55,358 bases of DNA from Octopus bimaculoides (GCF_001194135.2 NC_069007.1:3076546-3131903), one strand, 5' to 3'; numbered from the stretch's first letter, positions 23,471-35,804 are shown. Numbers and translations are program-made. Notes: generated by a model from the sequence alone, not told the origin.

Positions 23471-25222
23471 ACTCACAAAAGGTAACTTCATTTTTTTTTA
23501 TGATTTAAGGGACATCATTTAACGTTCGCTTTCCATGCTGGCATGGGTTGGACGGTTTGACTGAGGACTGGTGAGCCAGAGGCTGCACCAGGCTCAATCT
23601 GATCTGGCAAAGTTTCTACAGCTGCATGCTCTTCCTAACGCCAACCACTCCGAGAGTGTAGTGAGTGCTTTTACGTGCCACCAGCACGAGGGCCAGTCAG
23701 GCAGTTCTGGCAACGGCCACACTCATAATGGTGTTTTTAGGTGCTACCTGCACGGGAGCCAGTCCGGCAGCACCGGCAACGACATGGTTACTATTTCTAA
23801 CACATCAAACAACCACATGGTGGCTATCCTACTGAATTCTAAGAAACCAGTGTTCAATTTTCAAGGCGCAGCTAATGTCCCTCCTCTTAGATAAGATTCA
23901 AGATTAATGTGCCCGGATCAGCTCCCTGTTCCGGAATACAACACCCAGATGAAGTATAATAATGGAGTTGATACAAAATGTTCTGCCCAAGGAATTTGGT
24001 ATAAAAAAATTTTTAAAAAAGAAAAAGAAACCTTGTAACGAGATTGAACCAGAAACTGATGAACAGGTCATTCGCAAGTTTATCTTCCTGGTCATTTTAT
24101 CTCACACATGCCAACAAGGGAGCCAGCCTCTATGAGGTCAGTCGGCCTGCTAGAAACAGCAGTCAAATCTTCAACCTCGCACTATTGTCTAAATGTATTC
24201 CTAGGTGTACTGTGCGAGGNNNNNNNNNNNNNNNNNNNNNNNNNNNNNNNNNNNNNNNNATTTTAGTTGAGGTGGGGGGGGGGACTGAAAATCCACCAGT
24301 GTGTTTAGCACTTTTATTTACGCCAACCTTCTTGATAAGGTGAAAGGTAAAGTGGACCCTTGAAAGAAATTTTTAAATCATTTTAAAAAAGTTCTTAGTC
24401 ATGGCTGCAAGAAGGACCAACCACAGATCTGAGTTCAGTCCCACTTCGTAACCCAGGGCCAACCAAAACCAGGAGAGTGGATTTGATAAATGTAAATTGA
24501 AAGGAGTCAGTCATGTATAGATTCTATCGGTGTTTGTACATCCCTCTAAAAAAAAAAAAAAAAAATCCTGGGGTCAATTTGTTCAACTAAAATCCTTCAA
24601 GGCAATGCCCCAGCATGGTCGCAGTGCAGTCCAATGAAGTAAAAGAAAAAAAAAAGATCTTGATAAATTCTCTAACATAGGCACAAAGCCACCAATTAAT
24701 AGTGAAATGGAGGGAGTTAATTACATCCGCGTGGCTTTATGGACCCTTGATGGCTAAAATGAAGATGACCATGACAGAATTTGAACCCTGGACAGCTAGG
24801 GCCACAAAAAAAGACATTTTGCTTGACTGTCCAATGATTCTACGAATCCCCCCCTCCTTTCGAAAGCTCGATAAGTACAAACGTTATAGGAAGGCGACTA
24901 TGAGACATTCATGCCTTTCCCAAGACCATCGGTGGCATGAAATACAACTGCTTCCACGAGGGTTTGAAACTACTTTGAAGTTTTGGGATTATTTGCAGTC
25001 AGGCATTATCCGTTATCGTCCATTACTCAACCTGCTAGAAATAGCAGCCAAAATTTTCCCTGAATCATATCCGCCTTTAAAAAGACAAGGGGGGGGACGA
25101 AAAATAGACGTTGGATATTCCTAAAATATAGGGATGGTCACAATTGGAACGTCATTGAGATCACGAGTTGCCTGAGTCACGCTGACCGGAGGCTGAACGA
25201 TTTTCATGAATGCATTCCATAC

Positions 25223-25563
25223 TTTCATTTGTTTCAGTCTTTTGACTGTGGCCATCCTGGAGCACCGCCTTTAGACGAACAAATCGATCCCAAGATTTAT
25301 TCTTTGTAAGCCTAGTACTTATTCTATCGGTTCTTTTGCCGAACCGCTAAGTTACGGGGACGTAAACACACCATCGGTTGTCAAGCGAGGGGGGGTCAGA
25401 AACAAACATATATACGAATATATATATATATATATATATATATGCGACGGGCTTCTTTCAGTTTCCCCCTACCAAATCCACTCACAAGACTTTGGTCGGC
25501 CCGAGGTTATAGAACACACGTGCCAAAGGTGCCACGCAGTGGGACTGAACCCGGAACCATGTG
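25223..25563 (-). mobile_element. SINE family B with CpGs retained
   Basis: GCCGAACCGCTAAGTTACGGGGACG, GGTCGGCCCGAGG and CCACGCAGTGGGACTGAACCCGG are all intact. Confidence 0.9.
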
Positions 25564-25989
25564 GAAGTACATTATCAAGGTTTAGTGATAGAAAATTAAG
25601 TGAAACTTTGTAATTATAGTATATTTTGTGAATTACCACCACCACCACTACTACTACACATGAAAATATACGTTATATTTACTCCTTTAAAAATAAAAAA
25701 AGAGCGGGAATTGTTATAACGGAAGAAAAACGACGTATGCCACTGCACGCGCACGTCCTCCACCCCCACTGCTTGACAACCGATGCTGGTTGGTTTACGC
25801 CCTTATAACGTAAACGGTGCAGCAAAAGTGACCGTAAACGCCGTCAAAGCAGTGCTCCAGCATGGCTATAGACCAATGACTGAAACCAGTTAAGAGATAA
25901 AAGAGTAGAAAATATTTCTTCATTGCCCACAGGGGGCTAAACATAGAGGGGACAAACAAGGACAGACAAAGGGATTAAGTCGATTACAG

Positions 25990-26130
25990 TGTTGTATAAT
26001 ACGAGATCCCTCGTATCACTTACCCCTTTTTCACAGCACATGACAGAAACACTGCGACAACTTTGAAACCGAGAGATGCACGTGGATTTTATTGATTGAA
26101 AAAACAGAAGCCAGTCTTTAAATGTACACT
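25990..26130 (-). mobile_element. Possible 3' end of an LTR
   Basis: The minus strand has AATAAA followed about 95 nt later by ...GTATTATACAACA, and the segment abruptly truncates a SINE A. No second LTR end or TSD is seen. Confidence 0.25.
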
Positions 26131-26504
26131 ATACCGAATTATGGAATGGAAGAGAATATTCTATGTTGGGGTCGGGGCAGGATAGGAAAATGTGGATTTA
26201 GCCTTTGAGGAGAAATTTGGTAATTTAATGAAACAAATCTAATCTAGCAAAAACGAAATATATTTTAATTAAAATGTATACATAGGCTCTTGCTAAGCTT
26301 TCTTACCAGAATAGCCTGGTACTTATTTTGTGTCTTTCATGAGGATGTAAACACCAACACAGACGCACATATATCTGCAGTGGGACTGAATGGTTGGCAA
26401 GCAAACTTCTCTATCACATAACCACACTTGTCAATGCTTCAAGAAAACCTTACTGTATTATTATTACTTCAATCATTTCGCTTGTATTCCGTACATTAGC
26501 CTAT

Positions 26505-26603
26505 GCCCCACATCGTACGACACCGGGTACTGAAGTGGAACCAGCAATGAGCCCCACATCGTACAACACCGGGTACTGGAGTGGAACCAGCAATAAGCCC
26601 CAC
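26505..26603. repeat. 46-bp tandem duplication (about 2.15 copies)
   Basis: GCCCCACATCGTACGACACCGGGTACTGAAGTGGAACCAGCAATGA / GCCCCACATCGTACAACACCGGGTACTGGAGTGGAACCAGCAATAA / GCCCCAC. Confidence 0.9.
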
Positions 26604-27266
26604 TGTTGGTTATGTGTTGCACTTTACAGAGGCCTGTTTCTTTTAATGTACAGTAATAGCTTAGTTGTATACTGTCAAGGACTCACCATGAGTGACAAAC
26701 AACAACACCCCAAAACCATTAGTTATTAGGCTCACCTAAAGTAACCTAGATTTTCAGTTGGTGATAGTAGCACTGACTGTTGCTAATCTAGATCTATCAA
26801 TAATTATACAATACAACAGTAATTATAGAAGCATATCAGATATACAACTAAGCTATCAGAGAACTGAATTAGTTAAGAAGCTGCTGCAACTGATGAAATG
26901 GTTGACTAAACTGAAAAGTATAATGAATAAACATTCCAATTGGTCAAAACAGGGCCCCAAATGGTAAAAGCCAACAGTATACACATATGCACGAATAAAA
27001 GGTGATAACAGCTAAAAGGGTAACACGAGTCGAACAAAGAGTCATGAAGGCCTAAGTTTTGCAAATCGCACGTGTTTAACCCGAAAACAGCGACGACTTG
27101 CCATCACCACCAACTCCATTCCTTCAACAGTCGCAGACTGCCATCGAAAAAATAAATTTAGCGAAGCTGTTTAGTGTTAGCTGAACGAATAAAAACATTA
27201 CTAAGTCAGGTGGAATTATTTTCTTTTTCTGGCCAAGATTAGGAAATTTACGATTTTCGATATAAG

Positions 27267-27435
27267 CACACGTGGGTAAATTTTCAGATTAACACCCGCA
27301 CGATTTTCACTAGGGTGTTAGGGTTAGGGGCGGATGCCCTAACCGTAACCATAACACTAACACTGACCCTAAAAACCCCAAACACCCTAGTGAAAATCGT
27401 GCGGGTGTTAATCTGAAAATTTACCCACACGTGTG
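27267..27435. mobile_element. Palindromic MITE-like element with 48-bp perfect inverted repeats and a TTAGGG-like interior
   Basis: 27272-27319 is the exact reverse complement of 27381-27428. The interior reads TTAGGGTTAGGGG...CCCTAACCGTAACCATAACACTAAC. Confidence 0.8.
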
Positions 27436-27454
27436 AGGTATGTCTTATAAGCAG

Positions 27455-27960
27455 CCCGTGACAAGTGTGGGTAGAAGTTTGCTCCCGAAACACATGGTTC
27501 AGAGTTCAATCCTACAAGCGTGGGCACGTTGGGTATTTTTTGTTATAGTCCCGGGCCGACCAATGCTGAGAGTGTGGCGTGACCTTCACCGCTTCACAAC
27601 CGGTGTTGCTTTGTTTACGTCCCCGTAAAAAGACTAAGTACTGATGTCGAATCGTACAGCAAAAGCCGTTCCATGCGATGCCCCAGTCAACGTGACCGAA
27701 GCAAGTAAACAATGGCTAGTAGTGAAATCCAAATAGCAACGGAGAAAATGCATTTTTATTTTAGTCATCGGACTTCGGCCAAGCTGGAGCACCGCTACGA
27801 AGGGTCTGGTTGAACAAATCGATCCCAGTGCTTTATCGGCTAATTTTGCCGAACCGCTACATTATGGGGATGTAAATAAAATAACATAGGTTGTCAAACG
27901 ATGAGATTGGATAAATCTCATATTTATACACACATATGCCTATGAGAAAATGTGTTCCAA
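27455..27960. mobile_element. Two SINE B copies (plus then minus), CpG-retaining
   Basis: CCCGGGCCGACC at about 27551 and GCCGAACCGCTAC at about 27848. Confidence 0.7.
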
Positions 27961-28969
27961 CCACGACCATCTCTTGTTAACCAGTAAACAAATTACATTT
28001 CATGTAACTCCAAAAAATATTTTTTTTTAAAAATACAAAGAAAACTTAAGTACGATTTGAAGGTAAGATTTTGCTGCGATTTCTAGCAAGTCGAGCGACC
28101 GCTAAGTGGTACGTCCTGTCGGATATCCTAAAATCGCTTAATCGAGGTTTTTAAAACCAGAAGCAATCCTATTAGACTGTCGATAAAATACAGTTCCACT
28201 CATGTACAACGAAGTGGCCCCCGAAAGGATAAAAAGTAAAGCTGACCCCCGTCGGAATTTGAACTCAGAACGTAGGAGTCGATCTTAACAGACTAAACCC
28301 CTTCCTGGAGCTATATTACCCTATGATTTCCCCTCCTCGTCGCTAAGATAAAGTACCAAATACTGGGGCGAATTAATCGGCTGAAACCGGTATCCGGTCA
28401 AGCTTCTTCAAATAAAGTGTCATGACTTGACGATCCTAAAGATCATGGTTTTGATTCTCAGACCAAGCGGTGCGTTATGTTCTTGAGCAATACACTTCAT
28501 TTCACCGTTTGCTCTGCGATCACTGACGTGTGGTACACCGTGCCACCTGTACAGGCTCTATAGAGGAGCTGCTAAGAATGTACAGCAAACGTTTGATCCC
28601 TAAACAAATTACCCACGCGTGTACAACACGAAAGGGTCTTAACCTCTTTGTCAGGAGTTCAAGATGTAAAAAAAAAAAAACCTCCCAAGGCTAAAATATT
28701 CTTGTGGCAAACAAAGATCAAAGGTACATCGATTTTTTGGAACCTGTGATTCCAAGGCTATTCCGGATTACGGATTTTTCCGAACCAGCAGAGGTTCACT
28801 CTAATCTAAATATTAAATTTACTTATGAAATTCAGGTATTTGTAAATTTAGTATAGGATACAAGTTTATTAAGACTGCACTGAATTAATCTGGCGGCCGC
28901 GAGAATTTCAAGTTCCTGCGCGTAATCGTAGGAATTACAAGAGGTTCCGGACCATCAGTGTCTGGAAAG

Positions 28970-29370
28970 TTTGGTACAAAGCCAGCAATTTTAGGAAAAA
29001 GGAAGAGGTAAATTGATTACATCGACCCCAGTACTCAACTGGTATTTTATTGGTTTAAATTTGGGAACAAGGCCAGCAATTTTGGAGAAGGGGGTTAATT
29101 CGATTACATCGATACCAGTGCTCAACTGGGACTATTTTGTCGACCCTGAAAGGATGAGAGGCAAAGTCGACATGGCCGGAATTTGAACTCAGGACATAAA
29201 GACGGACAAATTCTACAAAGCATTTTTGACCGGCGTGCTTAACAATTCTGCCAGCTAAAAATATTGGCTTAAATTTTGGAAGAAGGCCACCAATTTCGGA
29301 GAAACTCACAACAGAGACGGACGAAATGCCGCTAAGCATTTTGTCCGGCATGTTAACGTTTCTGCCAGCT
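28970..29370 (-). mobile_element. Three tandem SINE A pieces
   Basis: Repeated CAAGGCCAGCAATTTT tails and ATTACATCGA(C/T) motifs at about 28980, 29070 and 29285. Confidence 0.75.
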
Positions 29371-29714
29371 CACTGCTTTTATTTGCATTAACTTTAAAAT
29401 TAAAAATAGAACAATGTGTCTGATACACCATTCTACAGTTTAATGAAGTTGGGTAACGGTTCCCTCGCCATACAACCAACTCGAGTCGGTCAGTCCTGTA
29501 AAGTGTCACACCCACAGAAACTTGTGGTCATGTTTCTAGAAATAATAATTGCTGCTGTCAATAAACCTGTGACCGAACACTGGGTGTTGGCATTCGCTTG
29601 AGCTTGGAAATTTCCGGTTTTTATAGTCATTTTCAAAAACAATTTCTTTAATTGCAATGAGATTTTAATTAAACACATCCCACATTTGGCTGTAATTTTC
29701 GGCTGTCACACAAG

Positions 29715-30030
29715 GCTACGAGTTCAAACCTTATTTCAGTCATTAAACTGCAGCCATGCTGGGGCACTGCATTGAGGAATTCCCCAGTACTCATTTATTT
29801 TTTAGCCAGGCACTTATTCACTTATTCTATCAGGTTCTTGTGCCGAACAGCTAAGTTACAGGGACGTAAAGACATATCTACACACGACGGGCTTCTTTCA
29901 GTTTCCGTCAACCAAATCCACTCAAGATTTTTAGTCAACCCGAGGAAATATAAGACAGTCCAAGTTGCCACGCAGTGGGACTGAACCGGGAACCATGTGG
30001 TTGGGAACCAAACTTACCACACGGCCACTA
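29715..30030 (-). mobile_element. SINE family B, mostly CpG-retaining
   Basis: ACACGACGGGCTTC, ACCCGAGG and CCACGCAGTGGGACTG. Confidence 0.85.
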
Positions 30031-30349
30031 TTTTCACACTCAACCTATCGTTTCGATAAAACTCGAATAAGGTTTAGTCCCAGGTGAACCCTGACATAAG
30101 CTTCTGATCGAAGACTCCAGACAACGACCACTCCGTCTTTTCCCCCCTTTTCTGGACATATATATCTAGGAATCATTATCCAATGTGTTCCTTTTTAAAG
30201 CGACAGGGTATAAACTGGGACAGGTTTGGCAGTTTCTAGCCAAGTCGAGCGACTGCATAGAGCAGGTATGGGGCAACTTTATTACGAGAAGCTGACCACA
30301 AAGAGACAGATCTCGTCAAGCTTTCGATATTGGTCTACAGAGTGTCGGT

Positions 30350-30850
30350 ATGAGACAGCGACGCCATTCACTGTTTTGCAGCCGAGTATCTCTATATCAT
30401 GGGGGAGGGTTGCGTGGGCGAATGACGTCATGTACCAGTACCGAAGGAATGCCCCTATCATCAGACGGGCCACAATGATACGGTAATTTTTTAGTTAGGC
30501 TTGCCATTCAGGAACTCACGCGAGCAGCGGGTTGCCCATGACTGACATAGACAAACCATCACCGGTTGAGTACTAGTAATCGGGTTTTTGGGGTTAGGGT
30601 TTTTGTTACGCCGAAAACGGGTGGAGTGCGCATTCTTTAACTGACAAGGCCATTTTCGTTATAGTCTTGTCCCAAAGTTGGAAGCCGTCATTAAAGCTAC
30701 TTGACAAACTCCCAGTTGTAGGTTGACAAAGACCGATTTTACTTCTACGAAGCATAAAACTACAGCAGAGAAAAAATGGCGGGGAGGAGGGGCGTGGATG
30801 AGAAAATTAATCGATGCTGTTGCTAAGAGATGCAGTACAATTTCGAAGGT
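30350..30850. promoter_or_regulatory. CpG-rich candidate TATA-less promoter
   Basis: CRE TGACGTCA (about 30422), TTAGGGTTTT telo-box-like motif (about 30594), TGCGCAT (about 30627), YY1 AAAATGGCGG (30773-30782) abutting the Sp/KLF-type GGAGGAGGGGCGTGG, and a possible first coding piece ATG CAG TAC AAT TTC GAA G|gtacaa (30830-30848). Confidence 0.45.
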
Positions 30851-31004
30851 ACAATACTTCCAGTCGAACGGAGGACAGTCCAAGTCTACCATTTTGACGT
30901 TCCAACCCTTCGTATCGAAACGTCGCAATTCCGGCAAGAACCTCACAGACGAGTCGAGTTGAGCAAAGTCTGGTTACAACAGTCGCAGACAAATAAGGGG
31001 ATAA

Positions 31005-31700
31005 TACCGTTTCGGTCATTAAACTGTGGCCACGTTGGGGCACCGCCTTGAAGAATTCTTAGTCGAATGACTTGATCCCAGAACTTCTTTTTTTTAAACC
31101 TCGTACTTATTTAATCGGTCTCTTTCGCCGAGCCACTACGTCACGGAGGACGTAAACATACCAACACAGGCACAGACACGACGGGCTTCTTTCCGTTTCC
31201 GTCAACCATATTCACTCACAAGGTTTTGGTCGGCCCGAGGCTATAGAAGACACTTGCCCAATGTGGGTGGGAGTGAACCCAGAACCATCTGGTTGGGAAG
31301 CAAGCTTCTTACTAAACAGCCACGCCTACATATCTTTCACGTGTTTCAGTTCATTTGATGACGGCCATACTGTAGCAACACTGAAGGGTTTCTAGGCCTA
31401 AGAACCGACACCATTTCCTTCGAAGTCTGGTACTTATATCAATCTGTTTTGCCAAACCGCTAAGTTACGGGGACGTAAACAAACCAACACCGGTTGCCAA
31501 GTAGTAGGGGAGGGACAAACACGAAGCCATATTATACACGGCGGGCTTCCACATAGTTTCCGTCTATCAAATTCACTCAGAAGGCATTGGGTGGTTCGGG
31601 GCTAAGTAGAACAAGCACTTGCCCAAAGGTGCTACGCAGCGGAATTGAACCCGAGTCTATGCAGCTACAAAGCAAACAGACCACACAACCATACCTGCGC
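31005..31700 (-). mobile_element. Two tandem SINE B copies, CpG-retaining
   Basis: GGTCGGCCCGAGG at 31228-31240 and GCCAAACCGCTAAGTTACGGGGACG at 31451-31475. Confidence 0.85.
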
Positions 31701-32799
31701 CTTACATGTCAGATTATACTTTTTATGTTAGGGGCACGTATGGCCTTCATTTGTTTATGGGGAATACACAATGTTAAGTAGTTGATATTCCGGTCTTAGT
31801 TTAAAACAAAGAAAACATAAGCTCTACGTAAAGCTATAATTAAAGAGTGCCAATTCTGACCATCCCATCTTTTCTTACTTTAAACAATGCGCCCAGGACC
31901 ACGTTTATTTTGGCCCCTTTTCTAACATGGTAGCTATTTCTAGCAGGTCGAGCGACTACACATGCTCTTGCAAAATGACTGCTATAAAATTGCGGGAACA
32001 AGGTTCGAACCTGCATCAGTGCCACAGACTCTGTAAGCTTATATATTTTGATAACAAAGCACAAAGGCTAATCCATGTAGTTTTATGTAGAGGTTGGCTT
32101 GTATCACAATGTTCTATGTTACTGCGTTCACGAGTTCGATTCCGAGTGGAGGCAGACATGGGTCAATATAATTGACAGTCATTATACTCGTGTTGAATAA
32201 ATAAATAAATAAATAAAAGGAAAAAATCCGGGGGCCTTATTATATAGTAAAAGAATATATTTTCAAAAAGGATCAGGGTAAAATGCAAAATGTTTTTCAA
32301 ATACAAAATATTTCCAATTTTATTTAAATCCAGACAAAAGATGGAAAAGAAGAAAAAAAATTCCTCAAAATCACAGTAATGGTTTGTTTTAACAGAATAA
32401 ATAAAGACAGGAAATATATCCTAATAAATTTTTCGAAGAATATACAAAGAATATGAATGATGAATAGAAGACGAGAATATATAGTTGGCAGTTCCAAGCA
32501 TTTCCAAGAAACTACGCAATTTCTCTCTTCCGAAATCCATATTGCTTTGTAGTAACTGGAAAGAGAAAATGGACAATTTGCGGCCGACACACACAGTGGA
32601 TATAATGAATTCCAACTATTTGCTAGTATTTTCCTTCTACATGAGGTGTTTTTTGTAAGAATATATATATATATCCATCAATATATTCTGCTGTTAAATA
32701 TTTAACCAATTTATTTCTTGTAAGAAGAAATAAAACAAATAATTTTTTTAAATCATGTTATTCTTCATTAAACTTAATATGACATCTCAATATGAACGG

Positions 32800-33045
32800 A
32801 CATGGCAGTAGTCTGCCACTAAAACATTTATTGTAAGGCTTTCTCTCTCAAAAAAACTGTCTTTTCTTTTTATTTTTAGCAGCTGTGGGTATTTATTTTC
32901 AAAACTCGGTTTGTAAAAGATATAAAAGAAGAAATGGCTGCTGTCTGTCAGAGATGGCGCGGGAGGAGGGGTGGTGAGGAAGGCGAGAAAAATGGCCATG
33001 GCCCCTACTGATGATACATCAGTGACGGGCGGTGTGACTGCCATA
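32800..33045. promoter_or_regulatory. Cluster of YY1/PHO-core motifs
   Basis: Seven ATGGC/GCCAT cores at 32802, 32934, 32954, 32992, 32995, 32998 and 33040. Confidence 0.4.
32880..32973 (+). other. Candidate 94-nt exon (UTR or coding)
   Basis: Very strong acceptor ctgtcttttctttttatttttag|CAG (NAGNAG) and donor GTG|gtgagg. Two frames are open, so coding status is undetermined. Confidence 0.3.
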
Positions 33046-35804
33046 CAGCTTTAAAGGAGAGACGGGAGAATGATAGCTTTTTCTGGGGTTTTTTTACCTG
33101 CACACCAAAAACAGATTTAAAAGAGAAAAAAAATCAGTCCTCATCTTTTATAATTTTTTGGTGATGATGGGGGAAGGGAGAAAGACAGACAGCACTAATT
33201 AATTGTAAATTTGTTATTTTTTGAAGACAATTTTAAGTTTAATGTAAAGTAATAAACTCAAAAAAAAACAAGGGAAAATAAAGAAACAAGCATCTGCAGC
33301 TTCGAGCACTTTCAGGCTGGCTTGGCTAGTTGGCAAAGTGGAAAACACGACGCCCATTATGGCGCTGCTTAGCTAGACTTAACAATTGTATTTATTTGGA
33401 GAAAAAAAGAGACCGACGAATATGATGAATAAAATATTCGGCGATGTTTAATAGGTCGTCTTTAACAGCATTAGTCATTTTATTAAACTGTCAAAATAAC
33501 GTTTCTTAGTTTTTTGTTTTTTTTTTCCTCTTTTAAATGTTCAACAGTAATTCTAGTTCAGTTTTCCTATTAAGCCCTTAAATAACATGGAAGAGAATAA
33601 GAAAACCCACATGAAGGGAGGGAGGGGGTAGCTAGCTGTAAAATAAAAATGGAAGGGGACAAACAGAAATAATACGACTTCGACTAAAGAAGTTGCAGTT
33701 CATTCCATCTGCCCCACTTTCCGGTATTTCATTTTTTTCCTCCCCTGATACATGAAAAGAGTTAAAAATATGTTCTCATTCAATTTTAAAGCAATTCGGA
33801 AAATCCACCATGTCAGGTTTTCAAAAATCAGACATATCTTAAAAAAATCAGTCGTATCTTAATTAAAACTAATTGACAAGTCTTCGGGGCTTCGAAGAGA
33901 TTGAATAGAAAAAGTTTACAATTACATGGTTGAAAGAATTAAATCATAATTTATTCACTAAAAGCTTAAACTTTTTCTTTGTTGATTGAAACAAAACTAG
34001 GGACATTTATTCCTAGAATAAGCACTTGACTAACGGTTAATAGACAATCTAATAGACGAAGAAATAAATATATTATGTGGTGAAAGAAAGAGGCTGGGTT
34101 AAACGGGGCAGCAAGCAGCAATAGCAAGCAAATGGCTGAGAAAGAGCGGCAGAGACAACTAGAGACCGGCCGGTTGAGTATAGCTGGGATGCTGCTGTGA
34201 ACGGCCATGTTGGTAGAAGAAAGCTGTTAAGATGATGGCGAACTAGTTAGCAACTAGATTCTATATATCGAGGACAGTCAGTATGAAAACAATATTGAAA
34301 TAGAACTGGAAATAGATAAATATATTAAAGATTAATTAATATAATCTAGTCATGACTTCATCCTGGAACAATTATATACATATATAATCATAGTAATTTA
34401 AAATAAAAAAAGGGGGGGGGGATGACATCAGACTATTTATGAAAAGTGTCATTACTTAAGCACTTGTATTATAATGCTGATTGTTGAGAAATTTCAAATG
34501 CTGTTAGATAAGAGAAAGAATTATTCTCCAAATATTAAATTACGAATAAAGTTCTTTCTACCTAATATGACATTTCTCTCAAGACAGACTGTCATCAAAT
34601 ATTTAAAAGATATTTTGAATTATATTATAAATGGTGAAGCAATGGAGGAATAGGGGTACAAAAAAAAAAAGGATAAGCTTTGCAGTTAACCTAACATCTT
34701 TTACCCAATTCTATGTCAATTTATCATTTTTCTCTAAACCCCTATTTATATAATTCATTATTCTAAGATTCAATTAATTCGCATATAACGGGATAAAATT
34801 TATGTAAGGCCTTAAATATTTAGACTTCAAGCATGAAAATTATTGAAATCCTTTTGGATGTCTCCCATCTCTGTTGAAATATTTATTTTTTCTTTTAGGG
34901 TTTTTGCATGGTTAAAACAACAATTGTTAGCTGTCAGGCGATGGAGAAGAATATATTCGTTTTATTATCCATTATATTACATGATGTAGAAATAAGAACA
35001 TGAGAAGTTGAGTGAAGGAAAATGAATTGAGGATGAGAAAGAACCTAGACAGATGTACTGGTTTTATGATGGTGGAAATGATGAGAAGAAATAGAGAAAG
35101 GTTTTTGAAATTGTAGTTGGCAGAGAGAAGAAGACGACAGGTCAACCCAGCTCTGAATTATTCACTGAATTAGAAGAGATAAATATTTGAAACTATAAAT
35201 GAATATACATTTTCATTCATTAATCATTTGACAAAAAGAAATCATATTTCAAATCAACTGACAATAGAATCTACACAGAAATAGGTACAGCCACATACAC
35301 ACATATAACTACATATATATATATATATGTGTGAGTATTTTTATACACACACACACACACACACACATAATGGGGTACTTGCTAAAATGTCAAAGGACTC
35401 AAGTCAAATCATAGGGAGTGTCTGTATGTATACAGACATGCATATATTTATTACAATCCTTCCTAAACCCAGACAAATGCCTCAAGTTTTCAGAGAACAA
35501 GGAATAAGCATAAAGCTCTGATGTACCATGTCAATTTATTCCGATTGTAGTTAACTCGTTATAAATTGTAATTAATTACATTTTAAATTAATAACCGAAA
35601 GATCGCCAATACAACTAATAATAATACTATTATTACTAACAATGCATAAATTAGCTCAGACATACAGACAAATGCGTTTCTATACGAAATATTTTATGCA
35701 AGAAGCTTGTTTTTTCATCGATACCCAGTTTTGTTTTCGCTACCAACTCGTTGCCAAGCGGGAACTCTGAGTAACAACTGACTATATCTATCTATATATA
35801 TATA

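Noticed and set aside
26505-26603. CRISPR-like repeat array
   Set aside because: The repeats are adjacent tandem units with no spacers, and the context is eukaryotic.
27075-27145. P-loop-like GVGGDGKSSL on the minus strand
   Set aside because: It is flanked by stops, lacks the preceding hydrophobic strand and has no supporting splice sites, so it is most likely chance.
31985-32160. tRNA-like T-arm motifs (GCAGGTTCGAACC on minus, GAGTTCGATTCC on plus)
   Set aside because: No complete cloverleaf or A-box; these are degenerate SINE-head-like fragments, not tRNA genes.
33966-34208. 80-aa minus ORF with a signal-peptide-like stretch (MAVHSS...CLLLLLAAP)
   Set aside because: The hydrophobic run comes from reverse-complemented (GCA/GCAA)n-like sequence, and no continuing exon or family was recognised.
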